From positions 1 through 41,839 of the forward strand of contig CAIYYO010000024.1 of the NCBI GenBank assembly GCA_903930485.1: a stretch of DNA of 41,839 bases. Direction: 5' to 3'. Shown here piece after piece: positions 34,290-41,839 of this stretch. Every line of letters begins with the position of its first letter. The first letter of the stretch is position 1. Under the pieces are notes generated by a model. That model had not been told where the DNA came from. It ran no database searches and saw nothing but the letters and a program-made list of their open reading frames with translations. Both the position numbers and the translations under genes were made by a program. The stretch is from Methanobacteriota archaeon. GTDB lineage: Archaea; Altiarchaeota; Altiarchaeia; IMC4; QMZM01.

Positions 34290-35870
34290 TTACAAGTCTG
34301 TGCCCGAATATGAAAGGTTGAAACTCTTGTTGATCAGGGGGAAATCCGGCACGATGTTGCCGATGACTGCGTGTTCTATCGCCTGCCAGTTGCAGAACGA
34401 GGCCGTGCGTATTTTGTATCGGTCGACGACGCCGTTCTTTACCCAAATCCAGTGGAAGCTTTGGCCCCTTGCGCATTCGACGAGGGAGGTGGCGTAGCCG
34501 TCCCTGATGGCATAATCCGTAGATACCGGGCCCGAAGGCAGATCGTCGAGCGCCTTTTTTATCATCCTGCACGAGTCGAGGATATCCGAAGCCTTTGTCT
34601 CGAACCTTGCCAGGACGTCGCCCTCGTCTACGGTTTTCACGTTCGGTTTTATTTTTTCGTATAGGCCGTAGGGGTGATATATCCTGGTATCTGTAGAAAG
34701 CCCATTCGAGCGCGCCATCGGTCCGGTTATGTGCAGGGCCGCTAGCAGCTCTTTACGTATAACGCCCGTCTTTTCGAATCTGTCTATGACCGAGGGCGTT
34801 GAACGCACATATTCGACCGACTCTTCAAACGTCTCTATACATTTATCCAGGAAGGTAGGCAGCTGTTTCAGCGCGTCTTCCGGAACGTCTTTTTTCAGCC
34901 CGCTTATGCCTATGACGTCTTTCATGAAACGCGAACCTGTAAGGGCCTTGTTCTGTCTCAGGATCTCTTCCCGTAATATGAAGAACGGGCTAGCGCCTAC
35001 CGGGAACGCGACGTCGACGCACATCCCGGCAAGGTCTCCGAGAAGCGAATAGATCCTTTCCATCTCGAGGAAGACAGTGCGCAGGCGCCATGCGCGTTCC
35101 GGCGGCCGGATGCAGCAGAGCTTCTCTATGGCATTGCAATATGCGACGGCGTTGGATACCTTCTCGTCTCCGCTTATGGATTCCGCGATCCTCACGCATT
35201 CCTCGGGCGTTTTCCCTTCCGCCAGTTTCTCTATCCCGCGGTGTTTGTAGAACATCCGTATCTCGAGGTGGTAGATCGTCTCTCCTATGACGCTGAACCT
35301 GAAGTGTCCGGGCTCTATGATCCCGGCGTGGACTGGTCCGACGGGTATCTCGTAGACTCCTTCGCCTGCGACTTTTCTGAACTGGTATTCTCCAGCGCCG
35401 GTCGGCTCGCCGTTTTCCATTGTATCGAGCTCAGAGTTCTTGAACCCTTTTTGCAGCGGGTGGAACCCTTCTGGGTATGATTCGTGCAGGAAGAGCCTTC
35501 TTTCGTCGAAGGGGTTTGTGAACCTTATGCCGTAGCCGTCGGTCGCTTCTCTTTCGTACCATGACGCCGACGGGAACGACGACGTTATCGATGGCGCGCT
35601 TTCCCATCTGAGCGGGAGCCGGAATACTGCGATCTCTTTGTAGGGCTTTTTCTCGAATGCATAGAGCAGCGTGTAGGCGGCGTGCGCATCAAAGCCTTCG
35701 ACGCAGAAAAGGCTTGCGAGTTCGTAGGCGCTTGCTGACAGGAGATGCATGACGGTCTCCAAGTCCCTCTCAGCTAGGGTAATGTAGACGTCGTTATTGC
35801 ACCCTATCTTTGCGTCTGACTCGACTATCCTGCCCCTTGTCGTATATGCTATGTCGTCTATAAGCTCCAT
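34290..35870 (-). CDS. NuoC-NuoD fusion (HycE/HyfG-like large subunit) lacking all [NiFe]-binding cysteines
   Basis: 526 aa with an N-terminal NuoC-like part (WYEREA.DGYGI.F) and a NuoD-like part (PVGPVHAGIIEPGHFRF, RMFYKHRGIEK). The L1 motif reads SISGDEKVSN where CG[ILV]Cxx.H is expected. The C-terminus reads NLSYSGTDL-stop where DPCxSCxDR is expected. Confidence 0.85.
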   Translation of the reverse strand: MELIDDIAYTTRGRIVESDAKIGCNNDVYITLAERDLETVMHLLSASAYELASLFCVEGFDAHAAYTLLYAFEKKPYKEIAVFRLPLRWESAPSITSSFPSASWYEREATDGYGIRFTNPFDERRLFLHESYPEGFHPLQKGFKNSELDTMENGEPTGAGEYQFRKVAGEGVYEIPVGPVHAGIIEPGHFRFSVIGETIYHLEIRMFYKHRGIEKLAEGKTPEECVRIAESISGDEKVSNAVAYCNAIEKLCCIRPPERAWRLRTVFLEMERIYSLLGDLAGMCVDVAFPVGASPFFILREEILRQNKALTGSRFMKDVIGISGLKKDVPEDALKQLPTFLDKCIETFEESVEYVRSTPSVIDRFEKTGVIRKELLAALHITGPMARSNGLSTDTRIYHPYGLYEKIKPNVKTVDEGDVLARFETKASDILDSCRMIKKALDDLPSGPVSTDYAIRDGYATSLVECARGQSFHWIWVKNGVVDRYKIRTASFCNWQAIEHAVIGNIVPDFPLINKSFNLSYSGTDL

Positions 35871-35882
35871 ATTTTTCTTCTT

Positions 35883-37334
35883 CTAAAATCCGAGTCCGGA
35901 AACTATGCTATTCAATGCTCCGTCCAAAGGCTGCGGGAAGAACAACCCGAGGCCGTAGACCAGTATTATGAGGATTATCACCGGGATTTTCATCCTTACA
36001 GGTGTGGGGTAACGGCGCATAACGTCGTTCTCGTCTATTCTCGTGAAGATGGCGGTGATGAATAATGCGAAGCCGGCGGCCGCTAACAACAGCAGGAGGA
36101 GAACTGCGATGAGGAGGATCGTCGAGAACTTCGCCACCTGGACGAGGATGGAAAATTTTGTAATGAAAACGATTGCTGGCGGGATCCCTATTATGGCAAG
36201 GCTTCCGAGGATCAGTCCTGCAGAGGCAAGCGGCTGCAGTTTTAGCGCGTTCTTTATGTTCTCGATCTTGTTGCTGTCGTATTGCCGGTTCAGTATCCCC
36301 GCCGACAGGAATAGAAGGGCTTTGGTAAGGGAATGGGCAAGGACGTGATACAAAGTCCAGTAGATCGCGATCGGTGTCCCGATTCCGATTCCTATGAGCA
36401 TGAGTCCTGCGTGTTCCGTGCTTGAGAATGCTATCAGTTTTTTCAGATTCTTCTGCTGCAGCATGCTGAAGGCTGCGATGAACAGGCTGAGGATTCCGAA
36501 AGCTATCAGGAGGTTCGAACACGTCGCGGCCGAGCCTGGGTTCTGCCTCGTTATCGAGTAGATGCGCAGTATTCCGTATATCCCTATGTTCAGCATGACG
36601 GCCGAGATTATGGCGCTTACTGCCGAGGGGGCTTTCGAGTAGGCGTGCGGCAGGCTTGTATGCAGCGGCGCTATTCCGGATTTGGCCGCGTATCCGAGGA
36701 ACATGAACGCGAAGCTTGCGGCAAGGGGCGCTGCCGGGAAGGTTTTTGCGTTCTTGAGCAGGACGTCCCAGTTCAGTGTCCCTGTTCCGAGGGTTTTTTC
36801 AGTCAGGGCGAACAGGAGGATCAGGCCGATGAACGAGAACAGCATCGCAGTAGACGTGACGAATATGTATTTCAGCGACGCATCTATGTTCTTTTTCGAG
36901 TTCAGTATGGCTATGAGGAAGGCCGTGAAGAACGTGGTGAGTTCGGCGAATATCCAGAACAGCGCAAGGTTGTTGGACGAAAAGGCGAGGACTGTGAACA
37001 ATAGCAGCGCATTGAAGGAGAGATAGTAGCCCTTAAGGTTTTTCCTTTCAAGGATGCCGATCTTTATCAGGCTCTCTGCATGCCCTCCTGCATAGACTGC
37101 GGCGAGCAGGAAGATCGTGCCGGCGATGAATATCTCGTAGGTGCTGAGGGCGTCGATATACAGGTTGTTTTCAAGATAGTAAACCGGAATGGCGCCGGAA
37201 TACTGGAGGCAGGCGGCGAACGCGATGCATGCGATGGCGTGGGCTATTGCAACAAGATTCATAGCTTTATGCGATTTCAGGAATTGCGTGAGCGCAAGGG
37301 CCGCGAAAGCCGCCAGAAGATAATATTGGAGCAT
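35883..37334 (-). CDS. Antiporter-like subunit (NuoM/N, HyfD/F-type)
   Basis: 483-aa polytopic protein with Mrp/NuoN-type motifs (SGIAPLHTSLPHAYSKAP, AFSSTEHAGLML). Confidence 0.8.
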   Translation of the reverse strand: MLQYYLLAAFAALALTQFLKSHKAMNLVAIAHAIACIAFAACLQYSGAIPVYYLENNLYIDALSTYEIFIAGTIFLLAAVYAGGHAESLIKIGILERKNLKGYYLSFNALLLFTVLAFSSNNLALFWIFAELTTFFTAFLIAILNSKKNIDASLKYIFVTSTAMLFSFIGLILLFALTEKTLGTGTLNWDVLLKNAKTFPAAPLAASFAFMFLGYAAKSGIAPLHTSLPHAYSKAPSAVSAIISAVMLNIGIYGILRIYSITRQNPGSAATCSNLLIAFGILSLFIAAFSMLQQKNLKKLIAFSSTEHAGLMLIGIGIGTPIAIYWTLYHVLAHSLTKALLFLSAGILNRQYDSNKIENIKNALKLQPLASAGLILGSLAIIGIPPAIVFITKFSILVQVAKFSTILLIAVLLLLLLAAAGFALFITAIFTRIDENDVMRRYPTPVRMKIPVIILIILVYGLGLFFPQPLDGALNSIVSGLGF

Positions 37335-37335
37335 T

Positions 37336-38061
37336 TTACGCCTCCTCCCCGTTTCTTTTCCTTAAATGCTCGAACCTCTTCTGCAGCCGGGGGATATGGA
37401 TGGCGTTGAATTTCTCCCTGAACTCCTCCACGCTGGAATCTACTCCTATGGAAAGGATGGCCGCGAGCAGGACTATCATAAAAAGGTCTATCATCACAAG
37501 CACCTCTATCATGAAAGGCAGCTCGGTCAGAAACAGGCTGAAGAGCAGGACCCCGTTCTCCATCGTCAGATAGCCGATCACCTTGGTGATTACTTTTTTC
37601 CTGCTGAACGTGATGAGCATCCCCATGAGAGTAAGGGATATCCCGAATACCGCGCCGAGATAGAAGAGGTCGCCGGGCGAGAGTTCCCGCAGGATCTTTG
37701 TGAACGAGCCGTAGACGAGTAGGATCAGGAATATCATCGCGGTTATGGATTCCATCGGCGAGAGATAGTGGAAATCTATGTCTCGGGATATTTTTATCTC
37801 TTTCTGTATCTTTTTTATGGCATAAGGTATCAGTATCACTTTGCTGGTCACTGTCAAGACGGCCAGGTATAAGAGCATCTCGCTTCCGTTGGAAAGATAA
37901 AGAGAAACAGCGATGACCGACAATAGCAGGGACTGGAGCTGGTATGCCGAGACCAGTGAAAGAAGGTCTTTCCTCGTCACGACGAACGCGCCGGTCACCA
38001 GGACCATGACCAGGAGCGCCTCTATCCAGTCGCCGCCAGCCGGCAAGCCTGACGCTATCAT
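37336..38061 (-). CDS. HyfE-like small membrane subunit
   Basis: The start at 38061 forms an ATGA overlap with the stop of the upstream gene. The ORF extension to 38259 lies inside that gene. The protein is ~241 aa with multiple TM helices and a hydrophilic tail. Its position and size match HyfE of hydrogenase-4-type operons. Confidence 0.65.
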   Translation of the reverse strand: MIASGLPAGGDWIEALLVMVLVTGAFVVTRKDLLSLVSAYQLQSLLLSVIAVSLYLSNGSEMLLYLAVLTVTSKVILIPYAIKKIQKEIKISRDIDFHYLSPMESITAMIFLILLVYGSFTKILRELSPGDLFYLGAVFGISLTLMGMLITFSRKKVITKVIGYLTMENGVLLFSLFLTELPFMIEVLVMIDLFMIVLLAAILSIGVDSSVEEFREKFNAIHIPRLQKRFEHLRKRNGEEA

Positions 38062-38999
38062 CCGAACACCTCCAACCATATCGTGAGGATCGAGAAGAAG
38101 AACGCTATCATGAAAAGGCTGGGCAGGTTGAAGAACCTCATCTTTGCCATGGAAGATTCCACAAGGCCGGTCACGAAAGAAAGCAGGCCGGCCTTTAAGG
38201 CGAATGCTGCGGCAGCGATCAGTATTCCTGCGACGGTGAGCTCCGAGGTCAGCCCCCATGGAAGGAGTATGTTTATCAGGACCGCCATGTATAGCGTTTG
38301 TTTTATCGCGTGGGAAAGCTCCATCAGGGCAAGGTCTCTTCCGGAGTATTCGAGGACCATCGCCTCATGGACCATGGTGAGCTCCAAATGAGTCTCGGGA
38401 TTGTCCACCGGCACTCGAGAGGTCTCGACTATGAGGACGATGAACAAGGGGATCGCTATGAGAAGCAGTCCCGGGTTCAGGAATGCGGTCGCACCGGCTC
38501 TTTCAAGGAACATCTGATGGAAGTCGGTGGTATGCAGGCTGAAAGAAAGGGCGGCGAATGCTATGATCGTTATCGGCTCGATGATGGCCGATATGCTCAT
38601 CTCCCTCGAGCTTCCCATGCCTCCGAAGGTGCCTCCGGCATCCAGTCCGGACAAAGCCATGAAGAATTTTGCCAGCGCGAGCATGTAGAGGAACAGGATG
38701 ACGTTGCCTATCCCGTCGGTCGGCGTAGGTATCAAAGCCAGGGGTATGCACAGCGAAGCCACGAGCATCACTGCTATGTTGATGTAAGGCGTCGCCCTCA
38801 TGATGGCCGACGTGTTCTTTGAATAGATCCTCTCTTTTTTCAGGAGCTTGGACAGATTGTAATACGGCTGCAGGAGCGGCGGGCCTCTCCTACCCTGCGC
38901 CCGCGCCTTGACAATCTTTATGAGCCCCATGTAGAACGGCGATAACAGCACCACCAGTACGGTGTTCAGCAGGGCGTATAACAGGAACGAGGCGTTCAT
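38058..38999 (-). CDS. NuoH/HycD/HyfC-like membrane subunit
   Basis: The ATG at 38999 forms an ATGA overlap with the upstream stop (the ORF track starts at the GTG at 39008). Motifs are RAQGRRGPPLLQPYYNLSKLLKKE and ETSRVPVDNPETHLELTMVHEAMVLEYSG. Confidence 0.85.
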   Translation of the reverse strand: MNASFLLYALLNTVLVVLLSPFYMGLIKIVKARAQGRRGPPLLQPYYNLSKLLKKERIYSKNTSAIMRATPYINIAVMLVASLCIPLALIPTPTDGIGNVILFLYMLALAKFFMALSGLDAGGTFGGMGSSREMSISAIIEPITIIAFAALSFSLHTTDFHQMFLERAGATAFLNPGLLLIAIPLFIVLIVETSRVPVDNPETHLELTMVHEAMVLEYSGRDLALMELSHAIKQTLYMAVLINILLPWGLTSELTVAGILIAAAAFALKAGLLSFVTGLVESSMAKMRFFNLPSLFMIAFFFSILTIWLEVFG

Positions 39000-40933
39000 A
39001 TGAACCACCCCACGTAGACCATGATCAGGACCGCGGCGATGAATACGTATGCCAGGTATGTGTCCAGGTTCCAGTTCTGGAGCCGGGAAACCTTCTCGGA
39101 TAATGAATTAACGAGCCTCGCAATAGGGAGATAGAGCGCTTCCTCGAAGAATTTCACCAGATGTATCTCTGCGCTGCCCTGCACGAAAAGGCTCTTGCTC
39201 TCGTCAAAATACGTCGCCTCCCTGACCTCCTTTGTCCTGTATATCGAGCTGAATATCCTGACGATGGGCTGGGAGTATCCGGATGCGGTGTATTCGTTCC
39301 TCCCGGTCTGCGTTAATATGCCGCAGCCCCACGTTTCCCCCATTCTTTCCGCGCTCGATGAAACGTTTTTCAAGACAAACCATGCAAGAACGTAGGCCGC
39401 CGCGAGGAACGACCCGATAAGCAACAGGTCAGGTATGGGCAGAACGTATCCTGCGCCTGCGAATATCTGGTAGGAAAAGATGCCGAGGGACATGCATAAA
39501 AAGGCAAGTATCATGGGTCCGAGGAGCATGTATTTCCCAACCTCTTTCGCATTCTTTGCATTATCAGACCTCGGGGCCGCGAGGAAGGTTATGCCGAAGG
39601 CTTTCACGAAGCATGCGGACGCAAGGGCGCTCGTCAATGCGAGAATCGCAAGCGAGGAAAGCATGAGCACCTTCATGAAAGGATCGACCAAGGCATAGGA
39701 TTGCAGGAGCGCGGTGAATATCATGAGCTCGCTTACGAAGCCGTTGAACGGAGGGAGACCGGAGATTGATACGGCGCCTACGAGAAAGAACAATGCGGTG
39801 TACGGCATCCTCTTCACGAGCCCGCCCATGTCTTCGATGTTCCTCTCGCCGGTCCTGTAGACCACGGAGCCGGCAGTCAGGAAAAGAAGGCTCTTGAAGA
39901 CGGCATGGTTGAGGACGTGGAAAAGCGAACCCAACAGGCAGAGCATTGCGATATCAGGGAGGTTGTTATTCGTGAATATTATGTACGCTCCGAAACCGAT
40001 GAGGATTATCCCTATATTCTCTATGCTGTGATAGGCCAGCAGCCGTTTTATGTCGTGCTCCTTGAGGGCGTATATGACCCCCAGTATCGCTGAAAGAGTC
40101 CCGGCGACGAGGATGAGCACCCCCCACCAGGTTTCAGGCTGCAGGACCGTGAGCGTGAAGCGCATCAGGCCGTATATTGCGACTTTGATCATGACCCCGG
40201 ACATCAGGGCAGAAATATTCGACGGGCTTGCCGTATGCGCGTATGGAAGCCATTTATGGAACGGTATAACGCCGGCCTTTATGCCGAAGCCGACGAAAAG
40301 CGCCAGGAATACCACTCCTGCGGCGCCGGTACCGATATCTGCTGGCTGTATCGCAAAAGACCCAGTCACTGCATTGAGCCCCAAGAATCCGGCCGTCAGG
40401 AACAACGTCGACAGCTGCGTCATGATGAAATAGAACAGTCCGGCCTTGCGGGTCTCGGGCTTTTCGTATTCGAACAAGACCAGGGCGAACGACGACATAG
40501 ACATTATCTCCCAGAAGAACAGGAAGGCGAACATGTTCGCAGAGGACACGACGAACAACATGGCAGCTATGAAGAGATTCATCAAACCCGTAAGGATGTT
40601 CTTCCTCTTCTCCCCGTGCCAATGTCCTATGTACTGAACCGAGTATATCGAAGCGCTCAATGCGACGACTGAGATAAGCAGGATGAAAAAAGCAGCCAAG
40701 CGGTCTATACGAAAAGAGAGCACAAGACCTGGGGCGATCCCGTACGGCGCAAGGTATACCTGCTGGTTCGTATACAGGATAAATACGGAAAACGAGATGA
40801 ACACGAGCAGGGCGAGCATCGAGAAAAACAGGGCTATCCGTCTCATCACGCCGTCTCCGCCGATCCTCACGAGCGGGAGGACCGTTCCGAGGAGCAGTAA
40901 GGCTGCGCCTACGTAGAAAGCAGTCGAGAGCAT
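38996..40933 (-). CDS. NuoL/HyfB/HycC-like antiporter-type subunit
   Basis: 645-aa polytopic protein with FFWEIMS, PFHKWLPYAHTASPSNISALMSG and AYHSIENIG motifs. Confidence 0.85.
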   Translation of the reverse strand: MLSTAFYVGAALLLLGTVLPLVRIGGDGVMRRIALFFSMLALLVFISFSVFILYTNQQVYLAPYGIAPGLVLSFRIDRLAAFFILLISVVALSASIYSVQYIGHWHGEKRKNILTGLMNLFIAAMLFVVSSANMFAFLFFWEIMSMSSFALVLFEYEKPETRKAGLFYFIMTQLSTLFLTAGFLGLNAVTGSFAIQPADIGTGAAGVVFLALFVGFGIKAGVIPFHKWLPYAHTASPSNISALMSGVMIKVAIYGLMRFTLTVLQPETWWGVLILVAGTLSAILGVIYALKEHDIKRLLAYHSIENIGIILIGFGAYIIFTNNNLPDIAMLCLLGSLFHVLNHAVFKSLLFLTAGSVVYRTGERNIEDMGGLVKRMPYTALFFLVGAVSISGLPPFNGFVSELMIFTALLQSYALVDPFMKVLMLSSLAILALTSALASACFVKAFGITFLAAPRSDNAKNAKEVGKYMLLGPMILAFLCMSLGIFSYQIFAGAGYVLPIPDLLLIGSFLAAAYVLAWFVLKNVSSSAERMGETWGCGILTQTGRNEYTASGYSQPIVRIFSSIYRTKEVREATYFDESKSLFVQGSAEIHLVKFFEEALYLPIARLVNSLSEKVSRLQNWNLDTYLAYVFIAAVLIMVYVGWFI

Positions 40934-41039
40934 GTTTCCTTATTCACAGAATACCTGCGGAGTGTTTTCCATCCCTTTTTTATGGCTTTAGGTACCGTTT
41001 TCGAGAGTAATATACTTCACAGGAGAATAAAAATAGAGA

Positions 41040-41839
41040 ATGTATTTGCCGGTTTACGTTTTAGCGGCCGTCTTCTTCCTGATAGCCGTCAGAAGGGTCG
41101 GAGGCGTTAAGATCCAGATATGGCAGGCGATGCTCGTCGGGGCTCTTGCAGTCCTTCTATTCGGACAGATAAGTCCGGCAGGCGCTCTCAAGTCCGTAAA
41201 TCTGGACGTGATGCTGTTCCTCTTCGGGATGTTCGTCGTGGGTTCGGCGCTCGAGCTAAGCGGATACCTCACTCATCTGTCTTATCGGTTTTTTAGGCGG
41301 GCCCGGTCGGTTGACGGCCTTGTATTATCCATTCTGTTCGGCCTGGGCTTTGCGTCCGCGTTCCTCATGAACGACACCTGCGCGATCATCGGCACCCCAA
41401 TGGTGCTGGCTCTGGGCCGAAGTCACAAGATCTCATCCAAACTAATGCTCCTTACGCTGGCTTACGCGATAACCATAGGCAGCGTTGCGAGCCCGATCGG
41501 CAACCCTCAGAACCTGCTCATAGCGGTTAACGGAGGCGTGGCCACCCCTTTTACGACGTTCCTCAGGTACCTGATCCTGCCGACGCTGTTGAATCTATTC
41601 CTTGCGTACGCATTGCTGAAAATTTTTTACAAAAAAGAGTTTCACAAGATCGCTCTAAACCATTCGGACGAGCCGTTGAGGGATGAAGGCCTCGCACGAC
41701 TGTGCAAAGCGTCCCTCGTCTTGCTCGCTGGAATGATATTGGTAAAGGTCTTCATCTTGTTCTCCTATATCTTCCCCAGAGCCTTTAGAACCTTGTCCGG
41801 CGTAATCGGATTAAAAATCCATTTGCCGATGGCATTGTA
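41040..41839 (+). CDS. ArsB/NhaD-superfamily (citrate-transporter-like) permease, 5' part; runs off the window
   Basis: This ORF is not in the ORF track because it has no stop. I translated it by hand from the ATG at 41040 and found it open for 266 codons to the window end. It is hydrophobic and has NDTCAIIGTPMVLAL and GSVASPIGNPQNLLIA motifs. Confidence 0.6.
   Translation, partial: MYLPVYVLAAVFFLIAVRRVGGVKIQIWQAMLVGALAVLLFGQISPAGALKSVNLDVMLFLFGMFVVGSALELSGYLTHLSYRFFRRARSVDGLVLSILFGLGFASAFLMNDTCAIIGTPMVLALGRSHKISSKLMLLTLAYAITIGSVASPIGNPQNLLIAVNGGVATPFTTFLRYLILPTLLNLFLAYALLKIFYKKEFHKIALNHSDEPLRDEGLARLCKASLVLLAGMILVKVFILFSYIFPRAFRTLSGVIGLKIHLPMAL

Noticed and set aside
34285-34572. 96-codon N-terminal extension of the NuoB-like ORF
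   Set aside because: The extension overlaps the 3' end of the large-subunit gene, is Arg-rich nonsense, and precedes a well-placed Met (MNKAITN) 5 nt after the upstream stop. The same reasoning shortened the ORFs at 37336..38259, 17699..18592, 25889..26395 and 32865..33752.
33766-40933. Calling the cluster a functional formate hydrogenlyase / hydrogenase-4 / Ech [NiFe] hydrogenase
   Set aside because: The metal-binding Cys motifs of both catalytic subunits are absent. No ferredoxin-like subunit, formate dehydrogenase or maturation genes are present in the window. The family resemblance is structural only.
1-41839. CRISPR arrays, rRNA or tRNA genes, transposases or integrases, terminal inverted repeats, in-frame TAG (pyrrolysine) or TGA recoding in the called genes
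   Set aside because: No direct-repeat/spacer periodicity, no rRNA- or tRNA-like segments and no recombinase-like ORFs were seen. All called genes are uninterrupted, apart from the small wHTH gene reported separately.

Overview
This is a gene-dense chromosomal segment from an archaeon. The archaeal markers are TiaS, an Nre-family protein, an archaeal-type PheT N-terminus and a UPF0216-like protein. AT-rich TATA-like boxes sit about 25 nt upstream of several ATGs, and GGTG/GGAGG ribosome-binding sites occur inside operons. I can support about 39 protein genes, and I saw no rRNA, tRNA, CRISPR array, transposase or integrase.

Contents from left to right:
- A tandem AAA+ ATPase preceded by a truncated PheT-like gene.
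- TrkH, Nre, a beta-CASP RNase, a small beta-helix protein and a CxxC redoxin.
- A frameshifted small wHTH gene and class III ribonucleotide reductase NrdD.
- A DUF112/TctA-like permease, UPF0216 and TiaS.
- A long phosphate-uptake array on the minus strand: pstS2-C2-A2, then pstS-C-A-B-phoU.
- Flavodoxin plus an FMN reductase.
- A secreted PQQ-dehydrogenase-like protein fused to a cupredoxin, followed by two cupredoxin lipoproteins and CutA.
- A CoA-transferase-GNAT fusion, an ADP-forming acetyl-CoA synthetase and a DRTGG protein.
- An MsrP-like molybdoenzyme, Fe/Mn-SOD and YihY.
- A six-gene Hyf/complex-I-like cluster and the start of an ArsB/NhaD-type permease.

The strongest candidate for something new is the Hyf-like cluster at 33766-40933. 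The membrane subunits look intact. The NuoCD-like large subunit has lost all four [NiFe] cysteines. The NuoB-like small subunit has lost the canonical [4Fe-4S] cysteines. No ferredoxin-like (HycF/NuoI) gene is present. On paper this is a complex-I-type machine with no redox cofactor sites.

Secondary candidates are the PQQ-propeller/cupredoxin/CutA operon, the CoA-transferase-GNAT/ACD/DRTGG operon, the stand-alone PheT B3/4 fragment coupled to a tandem Vps4-like AAA ATPase, and the frameshifted wHTH gene.

All family calls come from motif recognition by eye. No searches were run.
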